DNA of 64,000 nucleotides from Perkinsus olseni (Eukaryota): NCBI GenBank assembly GCA_013115125.1, contig JABANN010000005.1, positions 62,001 to 126,000 of the forward strand, read 5' to 3'. Shown piece by piece: positions 13,663 to 25,280 of this stretch (position 1 is its first letter; each line of letters starts with the position of its first letter). The notes under the pieces were generated by a model. It saw only the letters and a program-made list of their open reading frames with translations, ran no database searches and was not told where the DNA came from. The position numbers and the translations under genes were made by a program.

Positions 13663-15423
13663 TAGCCCGGGCAGGGTGACACGCAGACTGGCTGTCTACA
13701 AGTAGACAGTCAGGAAAAGTCGAAAGCCCTCATCATAGGCTCCGTCAACAATCTGCTTCCACAGAAGCAGAGTTGCAATGAGTTGCTGTTGCTACGGAGC
13801 TATGTTGGTAGTAGAAACACATTTCGTTTGTGGACGATTTTGACGACGTTATTCATTCTCCATGATGATCGGTGTTATACTGAAAGTTGTCGACCCTTCT
13901 CATTCGAGCTTGCGTGTCTATCCTTCACCTCTCGTTCTCCTTCATAGCCCTTTCACATCCAAAACTATCTCACTATTGATTCAAAAACCCGTGCAAAGAT
14001 TCTGAATTTCTGAGATTCGCAGAGATTCTCACAGTACTTTAGTAATGTTAACTGAGTTAACTCAGCTCGAGGTTTAATGGTATTCAAGTAAGGACGTCTT
14101 GCCAGCGCAACATCAACACGAACCAGCAGGCATACTCTGTCGAGTATCCAGGGTTGTCTTGTATTAATGCGTACATCATGCGTGACACATGCGCCTGAAA
14201 ACCTAGCTTCCACACTTGTAACGAGCAACAACTCGTGGCCTACCGGACCCATCGATTCTCTCTGCTCACTATTCCCTGATGTGTTCTCAGGTCCAAAGGC
14301 GTTCCGTTGTGCTAACAGAAGGGCCGCTGAGCGACGGCGGTTTGCCTGCTGAAGTGCTTACAAAAGTTCTCTGAGTCGTCCAAAATCGCTTCTTAGCATC
14401 CGCATTGATCCCATCGTTGAAAACGATTTGGCTAGCATTCTTGCTGGGGGGTTTAACGCCCGCTTGGCGGTTCCTGGACCATCACGCCTTCAACAACATC
14501 TCTACACGAAAGCAAAGTTACCTGCTTCTCATAGAAGTCGGGCTATAAGATGTGAGGGGCTTCTGTGCCATGGTGCTATAGCACAGCGGCCTGCCTCGAA
14601 ACTGAGCCCTGAGGAGCGCGAGATATGTTACGTCGAAACGCACATGCTCGTTCAAGTTCGCACACTTCGAGACAAAAGCTAGAGTAGTCGGAGTGTTAGC
14701 TGTTCACCCGTATTCGCTAGTCTTCCTCGAATCACCATGGATTCTATTGGCACTAGCTCGTCTTGATGCGGTCTTGCCCATCGGGATTTCAGGAGAAACG
14801 TGGTTCTGTGTCGTGGTCGGGCAACGTCTCTCCCGTGCACTGTGCGGCGAGAATGGAACAGCGAGAACTGAAACAAGCAGGGGCCTTGTCTGATCCCGTA
14901 TGATAATCCAATCATCAGTGAGAATCTAGTATTATCCCGAGTCGGGATCAATGATTGATCAACTGCCCCTAGAACTCCTAGGTGAGGTCTATGCGACTCT
15001 CACCTCGTCCATTCATAACGATCATCTTGGCTGCACTGGAGACCTTGGACCCTCCCGACGGAAACAGATCGCCGAAAGTAGCCTGAGTCATTCGCGGCAT
15101 CACTTGCACCTAGCAACGACAGCCTTTAGTAGCATCGCTCATGCAGCCCTCTCAGCACGGTACGGGTCGTGTGTCTCCCCTCTTTGTTGGCGCCGAAGAT
15201 GGGCGTTCTGATTGAAACATATTTTGTGCTGAAAATTTGCTGGAAAGCGACAGGTACCTGGGCGCGCGCGATATTTCTCGAGCGGAGCGATTCGAGAATT
15301 GTTTCACATTTTACCAAATCTTGATCAGTGACTCATGGGATGATTGTTGGGAAAGAGAATCAGAAATGGGATAGATGGACAGACATCACTCTCGCCGTCT
15401 CCTAAGCAAGATTCTTCTTTGCC

Positions 15424-18400
15424 ATGGTCCTTGAGGGTACCAAAGGCCGTGATGTCGGTCACACCAGCAGCAAGAAGATCAGCGGTGGTGCCTTCCAGAC
15501 GATGGGGCTGTCGGACCCGCTCTTCAAGGCCATTCAGAAGATGGGGTAGTTATTTGTGGGTAGCTCAAGGGTTGCGGACCCGCGAGGCTTCAGATACAAC
15601 CAGCCAACACCGATACAGAGGAAAGCAATCCCAGTGATCCTCGGCGGCAGTGATGTGGTGGCGATGGCAAGGACGGGAAGCGGAAAGACTGCGGCGTTTG
15701 TTATACCAATGGTACTACTGGGGTCAGTCTGGCAATTGCTGCATGATGCGATTACGAGCATGCGTATCAACGTTGAGGAAAGATTCTCTGGCCGGGAACA
15801 GTGGGTAGCTGCCTGGCAAATGTATGCTCCGACGTTGGGGGACAGCCTTGGTGGCGCTCAGCTCTCTGAGATGTTCATCTGTCTGTCATCTTGCGTTGCT
15901 TCCCACTGTCTAGAGCGCGACTTAGCGAGATTTACCCTTTGGCACAGTGGGGGATGTGTGACGATTATGAATGTCGATAGATACAAACGCTGAAGGGCCA
16001 TAGTGAGGTCGTTGGAGCAAGAGCTTTGATTCTATCCCCTACGCGAGAGCTGGCCATGCAGACAATCAAGGTTACGAGAATGCTTGGTAATGCGAGTCGC
16101 CTCTAGGCAGCCCTCCTACTGAGAGCGGTGCGAAGACACGAGAGGGCGGTCAGTCTTCGTCCGTATACCCGTTTGCTCTCTGAACCGCTGATCGTTACGT
16201 CATGTGTTTCATGCGAAGTATCCCACCGCCTCCTCAGCGAAGTTCACGGACCTGCGGCTGTGTTTGATTGTCGGCGGCCACAGCATGGAGTCGCAGTTTG
16301 ACAGGCTGTCCAGCAATCCAGATGTCCTCATTTGTACGCCCGGGCGACTGGTAGTAAATGGAAGGAAAACACAACTCAACCAGAATGCTCACGTACTTGC
16401 TGTGTGATTGTTCATTCGTTCATCGTCCGAGCTGTCTCCAGGGACTTGACGTTTTCGGGACCTGCTTAGCCGTAGCAGTGGTCATGCCAGGTCCATCATA
16501 TGGTGGAAGCGGACTTGTCACTGCAGCGAGTGCAATACCTTGTATTCGACGAGGCGGACAGGCTATTCGAGATGGGATTTTCTGAGGATATGCAAAGTAC
16601 TATGGAATCCATACTCAACTATGAGTCTCCCGATGCACCGATAGGCTAGATAAATCGGGATACCACACGCTAGTTTTCCTCTTCTGGTCCATGGTAGTGT
16701 GCATTCTATCGCGTGTCGTGTGTTCAGCCATCCTCAAGGCTACCCCTCCTTCGCGGCAGTGTCTCTTGTTCTCGGCCACCCTTCCTAGCCAGCTCACGCA
16801 GTTCAGTCGGGCTGGTCTGCGCTCTGATTCAACCGAGTTTATTCGTCTTGATGTAAGCAGCCCTGACTGGACTCTTGTCATGACGGGAATACGCGCGTCC
16901 TCAGGTGGAGCATACGATATCCGACACGCTAGATCTGTGGTTCCTGTACACTACTGCGGACTCTAAACCCGCAGCGCTAGTATCCTTATTACGCAAGTAG
17001 GCCGTCACGCGATGCTGCAGGCACCTCTGATCTGAACTCTGCAGGCTCCAGTCAAGGGGAAACGCCAACGCTGATGAGTCTACCGCCGTTGTAGCAACTG
17101 GAAAGGCCGGCAAGAGCGGGAAGAAGAACCGGTCTCCTAAGACTATCGTAGGCTGTCTTGCTCGATCAGACTTATTTCAGCTTCTCATCTTATCGATACG
17201 TCTAGGTTTTCGTGGCGACCCGTCACAACGTAGAGTTCTTCGCATCGCTGCTCACCCAAGTCGGCATCACCAATGCTCCCATCTATGGCTCGATGGACCA
17301 GACTCAGAGGACGTCAAGTCTGTCCAAGTTCCGATCGGGAAAGGCATCGGTAGACACGGTGCCTCTTCTCATCACAACCGGTGTATGATGATCTTCTAGG
17401 TACTGCTTGTGACTGATGTTGCCGCCAGAGGGATTGATATTCCGCAATTGGACTACGTCATCAACTATGACTTCCCATCGAGCTCGAAGCTTTTCGTACA
17501 TAGATGTGGAAGTAAGCAGCCCGTTAGATTGCGATTGGCTAGCTTCACCGGAAGTACCGTCTTTCAGGGACTGCTAGAGCTGGTGCCAAGGGGTTGTGCG
17601 CGTCCCTGGTCACTCACGACGACATGCCGTACACAGTGGAGCTCATGCTTTTCCTGGGTCGGTTGGCTACTCATTCGCCTCCTCTTGACAACCGCTGATC
17701 TTGAAAACTGCACTATTGTCCGCTCTTGGATTCCCGCTGCATCTCTGATGGGCGTCCCTCTGGTGGCGATGTTGCTGTATGAATCATACAGTATGATGCC
17801 GTCTGTGTGGTAGGTCGGAAGCTTGGTCTACAGCCCCTGGGCAGCGATCATCCCTTCCCTGCCGAAGGAGAGACAGAGGGTGAGGAGACAGATGCTAGGA
17901 AGCTCTGCGTCATCGGTGGTATCCCGAGTGTGCAGGAAGAGGTTGAAACGGTGAGCATTAGAAGGTCGGAGGTTCAATTCTTTGTCACGGCACTTTTGGA
18001 CAGGTCCGGAGACTTGTATCGGGAGATGCTGAGTTGGCTTCCTTGCAGAGGTCAATGATGAGTGCCTATCACCTCTATTATAAGACTCGTCCTGCAGCCT
18101 CCAAAGAAAGCGTAACTTGTAGCTGCTGTATGGCTTGGTTAATGTGGTTTGATCTTCTCATCAGGTACGCCGATCGAAGTGGATACTCAGGGCCGAGGCA
18201 GGAGGGCCTCAGAGGCTCTTGGACACGCCGCATCCTGCTTTCAGAACGAAGGCAGATCTAGGTAGTACCTTTGAAAGGCAGCACGCTTTGACATGATGAT
18301 CGGAGTTAGGCTCCCAGAGTGTGGAGGATGTGAAAGAGAAGCTCGACATGATTGCGCAGCTCCGTAAGTTGCCTTTCATTCGGCGATACATCCCTACCTC

Positions 18401-20326
18401 ACTTGAACTCTGGGTCTTTCAAACGTTCGCTTGACCTTGTTACTGTGCCTCTAAGATTTTAGCTGAATAGTATCTCCTATTGGTTTAACGAGGTTCAAAT
18501 CTAGCCGTCCAGCTATTGCTATATCTGATAATCGTCAGGATCGTTCCGTCCTTCTCAACAGCCGAAGACAGCAGGCGCTACGACTGTCATCAAACCGGAG
18601 ACTATGGCTGAGATTTCCCAGCACGTGGTAAGCCCGTTTTGGTGCTAGGCCTTCGCCATGGCCCTTGTGCCAGGTGGCACCGAGACAACTACGTCACGAC
18701 TTGAAGAGGATGTCCCGGGCGAAGCAGCAGCAAGAACAGCAGCTCGAAGAAGAGGAAGAGAGCGAAATCGAGGACGCTGAGTCTGAGGAAGTAGTCAGAC
18801 TACGCGTGAATCTGGATAAAGCTTCATACGCAGGTGGCACCGGTTCAAGTTGGTCAGAAGAGGCCTCTGACTCCTCTTCAGCAAGCCAATAAACAGACTC
18901 ACCGGTTGAGCAAGAGAGCGAGAAAGAAGCTCGAGAAGAATGGTAAATGGGGCGGGGTAGCCGGCCCATCTCATACGGACCGAGTTAGGTGGCTTGCCGC
19001 AGCCGAGCGAGGAGCTTGGCGGGAAGAAGAAATCCAACTACCACTTCGAGGACGGCGTCAGTGTGTTCAATCAGACGACGTGTCGATCGAGCGATTTCTA
19101 TCTCGGTAAGCTTATCGGCTCTTGATCTGTCTTTCGCTTATCACCCGTCCCAGGCTCCGTTGATGCCGACCCTGAGTCTATTGAGGCTAAGGAGAGGGAA
19201 AAGCAGCTCGATATCGAGAGTGCACAGTTGGATCTCGTACCTGATGACCGGGAGTCAATGACTAAGGCTAAGAGCGTTATGCGGTGGGATGCGAGAAAGA
19301 AGAAGTGAGTCCTTCAGGCCTGGGCTTATAGGGTTCGACTTCTGATGCAGCTTTCGACTTGCTGTTGAAAAAGTTCATTGCCAGGTATCTGCCAGTTATG
19401 GTCGCTGGTGATGGTGGAGCCCCACTGGCACCCCGCAAGAGACGCAATGAAGCCGGCAAGGTACGGTGGACAAGCACGATAGACTGCTCGCTTTGACCAT
19501 GATGGGGGCTATTCGATTTTGGTATCCCGCATTTTCCTTATTTCAGGTGGTTAGTGGTGAGATGGAGAAGAGCGACATCTACTCGAAGTGGTTGAAGTCG
19601 AGCCACAAGAGGATTCAAAAGGTTGGCGAGCTCGAGGATAAGCAGGTGGGTGCTACACTGGGGTTGTAGACCTTGCGACATCGTTGGTGTCAGAATACGG
19701 CATTCACCGCGCCTAAGAAGGCCATCACTATTGAGAGTGACCACGAGGATGGCGGAGAGGATCGATCAGGCACGGCCGGCGGAGCGAGAACTGTGAAGGA
19801 GTTCCACGGCGAGGTCCAGAAAGAGTACTTGTCATTTTTTCTGCTTTTCTGGGGAGTTTTCGTCGTTGATAGATTCCTCACGAACAAGCAGAAGCGGCAT
19901 CTCGCGAAGCAGGATAGAGTGATGAATCGCGTCGGAGTCACCTCGAGAGGCGATAACGCTAAGGATGAGCTCCTGCAGGCCAACCAGTGAGCACACCTGG
20001 GATCATAGGTCTTGCCAATGACTTAATATTCAGGATTGCTAAGAATCGTAAGAAGAAGACTATGACTAAAATCATGCAGGACCCCAGGAGAAGGAAGGCT
20101 TTTGCAGCAAAGAGCAAGGTAAGTATTCGAGCGCTCGAGGAGTAGGAATCATTCTTCATCCGTTGCCAGGCCGCCTTCCGGGCGAAACAGGCTGATAAGT
20201 TCGCGCAGCGCGGTGCTCCGAGGAGATCATTCGCCATCGGAGGCGACACTGGTGAGCATGCGACGGTCCATTTATCTCGGCTAAGGGCTGTTATTCTCAG
20301 AGAAAACGGGTCGACACAGACGATGA
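15424..20326 (+). CDS. DBP10: ATP-dependent DEAD-box RNA helicase DBP10/DDX54 (multi-exon)
   Basis: Spliced exons give [107 protein letters not shown] and the C-terminal [18 protein letters not shown]10CT-like motif. Confidence 0.92.
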
Positions 20327-20508
20327 TGATGCTGGGCTTCTCCGTCCGTCGGCCGCTTACCAATGTCGATTACTCTACTGTATACTGCACCACTGGCACT
20401 CTGGAGCCACTTCACGTCAATACGTTTCCCACTAATTCTGATGTTGATTTGCTGAGTACGGATCGGTCTTCATGAAACCACAACAGACTCGCTAGAAGGT
20501 TGTTTTCG

Positions 20509-22743
20509 ATGAGCTCAGAAGGGGCCGACAAGCCCTCTACTGCTGATGAGCGTCCTCATGAGGTCTTGGATTGGTTGGCCCTAGATATCGGAGGAACCCT
20601 TGCTAAAGTCGCTTGCGTTGAAGAGAAGGTTCCAGGTGAGCTAAGCGGTGAGGTCGGCACTGTCTGACACGCCGAAGCTTTCGGGTTACGATGCAAACTG
20701 GGAAAGGGTGATCGGAAGGCGCTTCTAATCACTGGTTCGGGTTTTACTCTTGCTTTCTCAGTGGACCGTGTGAAAGAAGCGGGTCTATCAGTGAGCCGCG
20801 ATGAGAGATCATTGAAGACATCTAGCGGTGATTCCCTCGCCTTCTTCCTGTTCTCCAGTCGGGAGGGCCAGCTGAGCTCAGCGGTAAGTTTCCTCTACTG
20901 CCAGTCCTCGACCGTTCGTCTGTAGATGGCCTTCCTCAAAATCCTAGTGTTAGAGTATTACCCGCTGGGCACACTACCAAGGCCAACAATACGGGCTACC
21001 GGTAAGCCTCCCTCCAGCACCCTACCATGTACGACTTCGTCTCGCTCTCTAGGTGGCGGTGCGGTGAAGTTCGCGTCTATGATACGCAAACAGCTCGACG
21101 CTGACATCGTTAAGGTGGACGAGATGGACAGTCTTGTGAGGTCTGTCTCCTTTCTTCCTCCTTCGGCGATGACTCCCAACCTTTCAGCGGCCTATCCCTC
21201 CTTCTGAACACTGATGGTTCGCTATTCCAATATAATATCAAACACAAACGGCGGCAAGTGATAGACACCAGCGCCATGCAGGGCGTCGAGGGACGAGGGT
21301 TCTTCCCTTTCCTACTCTGCAATATAGGTAGACGACCTTGTTGCCTCTGAGGCAGGACTTCGCCAGTAGACACTTCTCAGGTTCGGGTGTATCGATACTG
21401 AAGGTGGAGGGGCCTGGTAAATATAAGCGAGTATCGGGGACATCAGTCGGTGGTGGCACGGTAAGTGGTAAGCGGAGCGTTGTTGGAGATATTTTCAACT
21501 TCGTCACACAACTCTAGACCCAAGCCCTTGACCGAAAGAAGTTACTGTTGCTATTCACTCGCTAGAAATTTCCGTTCGTAAACGCGTAGCGGCTAGACTT
21601 CCTTTGAGGATGCGTCAATTCACTATCCTGCCTGCTCTATTTTGCTCGTAGGTGCTCGGCCTCGGCTCACTCATGTTCGACGCTGAAAGCTTCGAGGAGA
21701 TCATCGAGTTGAGCCGGTGAGCTGCTACTGTACCGGGACCTCCATTCATGCTTCTCTTCTCAGGTGGGGAGATGCCCGTCGCGCCGATCTATCGGTAGGG
21801 GACCTCATGGGGACTCAACCAGGCCCCGAGCACGGCATGTGGTCTGACGATACCCTAGCGAGCTCCATGGGCAAGCTCTTCGTCACAGACTGTCCCAAGA
21901 CGGACGCGGCAGAGGAGGACGGGCCTGCAGGTGGAATCGCATCGCCGTCGATCCATGATAAGTTGGTCCCTCTCAGGGAACTTCTGTGCTGGATTCAGCG
22001 GTTACCGAGCGGGCGAGGCACGGCACTCCCGGCCCGCGCGAGAAGACCTCGCACAGTCGCTGATTCAGATGGTGTCCTACAACATCGGCTATATATCATA
22101 TCTTGTTGCCAAGATTAACAAATGCAGGACGATTTTTTGCAGTGGTGGGATGGTCTTCACATCTTCGCTTGCGTGTGAATCGATCCATGTCAGGTAAATA
22201 TGTTAACAAACACGAACCGACTATGGCGAGTATCAGGTGAGAGCATTAGTCGCACCGGAAAGGCATTAGTCTCGGCTGCCTGATCAGCTACGCAGTCGAA
22301 TGGTATCAGCAATGGGGCCAACCTGACCAGCAGAATCTACAGACGGATCACATAAGGCCTTCCGGTGAGCAGCCAGACTTCAACGTTCCCGATAGTGCAA
22401 CTCCCCTAATTCCTAGTCGACGTCGAAGCAGCTGAAGACGAGCGAGCCGACGCCGCATCACTGGGGCTGCCTATAACCGCGCGTATGCACGATACAAGTG
22501 AGTGGTGAGGGTGCCGTCTCTGTTTGCATCGAGAGTGATGGGCAATCTTTACCGACATGATTTCGCACCTTGTTGATGACGATCACTGAGGCTCGTTCTC
22601 TGACTTCAGCGCCAACACCAGCCCTTCCCCCGTCATCCGTCGGCCTTGGAGACCCTGTTGAGGTGCTCTTCCTCCAGCATGAGGGCTACGTTGGAGCCAT
22701 CGGCGCCCTGATCGCTGACCTGAACAAGACGTCTCGTGTCTGA
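20509..22743 (+). CDS. PANK: Type II (Fumble-family) pantothenate kinase (multi-exon)
   Basis: Motifs LDIGGTLAKV, IRATG|GGAVKF, VDEMDSL (catalytic Glu), NIG|SGVSILKV..RVSGTSVGGGT, DLSVGD, LASSMGK, MVSYNIG and FLQHEGYVGAIGAL; stop TGA at 22741-22743. Confidence 0.92.
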
Positions 22744-23086
22744 CGAGTGTCCAATCTAAAGACTGGGAAGCCGCCGTTTCGTCTGTGTTTCTGCCTGATT
22801 GTGGTCGTGAACCTTTTTGTCATCAAAAGCGAGGCTAACACCTGCTCGTTCCTTGCGTTAGATTGTTGTACAGTATGTGTATCCTTCACTTCCACCTGTG
22901 TAGTGTTGTACTCAGAGGGGCATCCGCAATAGTAGTAGGAAGAAGATCGCTGGCTGAGGGCGCTATATAATAGTCCTCGAGCTCCGTTGTGAGCGACACA
23001 TGAGCATCTGTCCTACGATCAATCAGTCTGGTGTAGCAACGACTGCAACTACGCAGTTCTCACAGCTCGATGAATTTCCTCTGAAG

Positions 23087-25271
23087 ATGCCCCTCAGAGT
23101 AAGGCCAGCAAACCTCATCCTCAAGCTGCTGCGCCAATCCCTCAGCATGCCTACGCGAGTCGTTGATATCCCTCTAGCGACCGAAGCCATCCATGCGGCA
23201 CTCCGGCCAGGAACTCCTCCAGGGGTGTTCACGCAGTTGGTCACGCTAGGCATGCGACTCGGGGCACCAGAGGCTGTCACCGCCGTCGCCCTGGACCAGC
23301 TACCTGACTCTCTATCGTTTAGGGACCGGGCTGAGCTCATTCGACAACTCATGCTGGATGGGATGCAATCTCACCTCGAAAGAATCCTTTGCCGTGCGGT
23401 CGAGTGTGTATCCAAGGAGGATGCACCCAAGGACATCCTGTGCGTACTCTCTGCACTAGTGAAGACCAACGGCGACAGAGTTGATGACTTTTTACACCTC
23501 CTTATTGAGCGGGAGGTTCTCGTTGAGTGGGAGGTGCCTGCGTTGTGCAAGTTGATTGTCCTGTCTGGGCCCCGAGTGTGAGTGGCTCGTCCAACTCCAG
23601 CTGAAGTGGAGACGGCTCTCTTCTGCAGGTACACTCGAACAATGGCTGAGCTGCTTATTGTGACCTACCTCGATAAGACGGCTCCGGTGGCCCAGCAGGA
23701 AGCGCTGGGACGGGTTCTTCGAACCTTGGCTGAAATCAAGTCCCTCGGAAGTGGCTCTACTACTGCTGACGGTTCCTTTGCCATCTCCCCTTCTCGCAGT
23801 TATGTCGATAGCGAGAGTCGATGAGGTACTCCTGAAGTTCGCTATGGTGACGAATGCATGGTCCTCCTCGAGGGGGTTCAAGACCAGCGCGATGGAACTC
23901 ACGAACCTGGCAGGGGCTGCGCATGCCTTCGCCACCCTGGCCCCTTCGAATCTGCTCGAATGGAGAGCTCCGCAGGTGACTTCTTATCTCCTTAGCGTCC
24001 GAGGATATACCTCTATCTCTTTCACAGGTCGCCGATGTTCTTGGTGAGATACTATGTTCAAGTCTATCGGAACGGCCAACTTCTCGAAGCTTGGCGATGC
24101 TACTGTGGTCGATCTCGCGGCTAGCTGCGCTAACAGCGACTAACCCCATGAGCCCCGAGAAGGGCGAGAAGATTCTCTCCCACCTGGTCGCGGACTCGTC
24201 GGCCACGTCTGGGGATATCGTTGTTGCCGTATGGTCGCTCGCAAGAACTGTCGGGAGCTTCAGTGCCTTCGTCGGTGAACTACAGGCGCTCTCGGATCGG
24301 GTCGAAGCTGCTGACCTGCCTAAGTTCTCTTGGGCTCTCTGCGTTGGCTTCGGGTCTAGAGAGGCCCTGCACGGTGAAGGGCAGCCGCTTGTACAGCGCT
24401 GCGTGGACCGCTACCGTACCGAGCAACAGGAGGCACTCGGCCCTGGCGTGGACCTCGGTGACGATCTTGCACTGGATGCTCCGCTGGCTCACCGCGACCT
24501 TTCCGACGCGGTGATGCTGTGGGATAGCGCATCTCTCGCTGGTATCTCCGAACCGTGCATGCCACACGAGCCTATAATAACCGAATTAATTGCAAAATTA
24601 GACACTCGTTATCCAAAGGTGAAGGAACCCACTTTCACGGTGGGGCACGTGGGTCCGGTCACTACTGGCATGCTGTTGGAGTCACTGGGAATTCATCATG
24701 CTCCCTATGTGCCGCGGTATATCGAACGATTGGACCGAGGGTTCAGGCAACCCATTGCCAAGTTTATCACGTGCGAGGTGGAGCTGTCCGTCGATAATGA
24801 AGCAACGAGGGCGTTCGTCGTCAGGGGTGGATATCAGAGGATGTATAACGTTGACGGCACAAGTGGTGGTGTTGACGACTCTGCTGGGCAGCTCGCCGAT
24901 GCTTCAACTGGAGCCTGCGGAGAGCCCTTCACAGGGTTGTACGTGATGAACGATCGATCGTCTCACGCGGAGATATCGGCACTCAATGGTGTTGCTAATT
25001 TGCTGTCCAGCGATAGTGTTGGATCGCTCCACTTGCATGTATCACATTTCCCCTGTCTTTCCTGTATTTATGCAATGCAGCAATTCCGGCGAGCGTTCTC
25101 GAAGATCCAGGTCAGCCACTTCACAGTACTCCAGATTCCGGTCCCATTGGTCCCCCTCCACAGGTACGCGTTTCTTACGAGTGGTGGACGCCGGGGTGCG
25201 GACCAGTCGTGAAGAAAGTCGATGGGCACCGTGACAACCTCGAGGGGGACAGTTTCAGGAAACCAGTCTAG
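23087..25271 (+). CDS. Helical-repeat (OPR/HPR-like) protein with C-terminal zinc-dependent deaminase domain; possible mitochondrial presequence
   Basis: About 5 exons with short GT-AG introns (~23576-23628, ~23751-23799, ~23976-24027, ~25112-25162). DRSSHAE (His codon 24964) ... LHVSHFPCLSC (25051-25065) ... QFRRAFSKIQ|VRVSY. Upstream are helical units with L..aa[HW][AS][FIL][AS].L motifs. Confidence 0.75.
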
Positions 25272-25280
25272 TTTCAGATT

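Noticed and set aside
14400-15300. Possible decayed retrotransposon fragments
   Set aside because: Only short ORFs with no recognisable RT, RNase H or integrase motif, and no LTRs seen.
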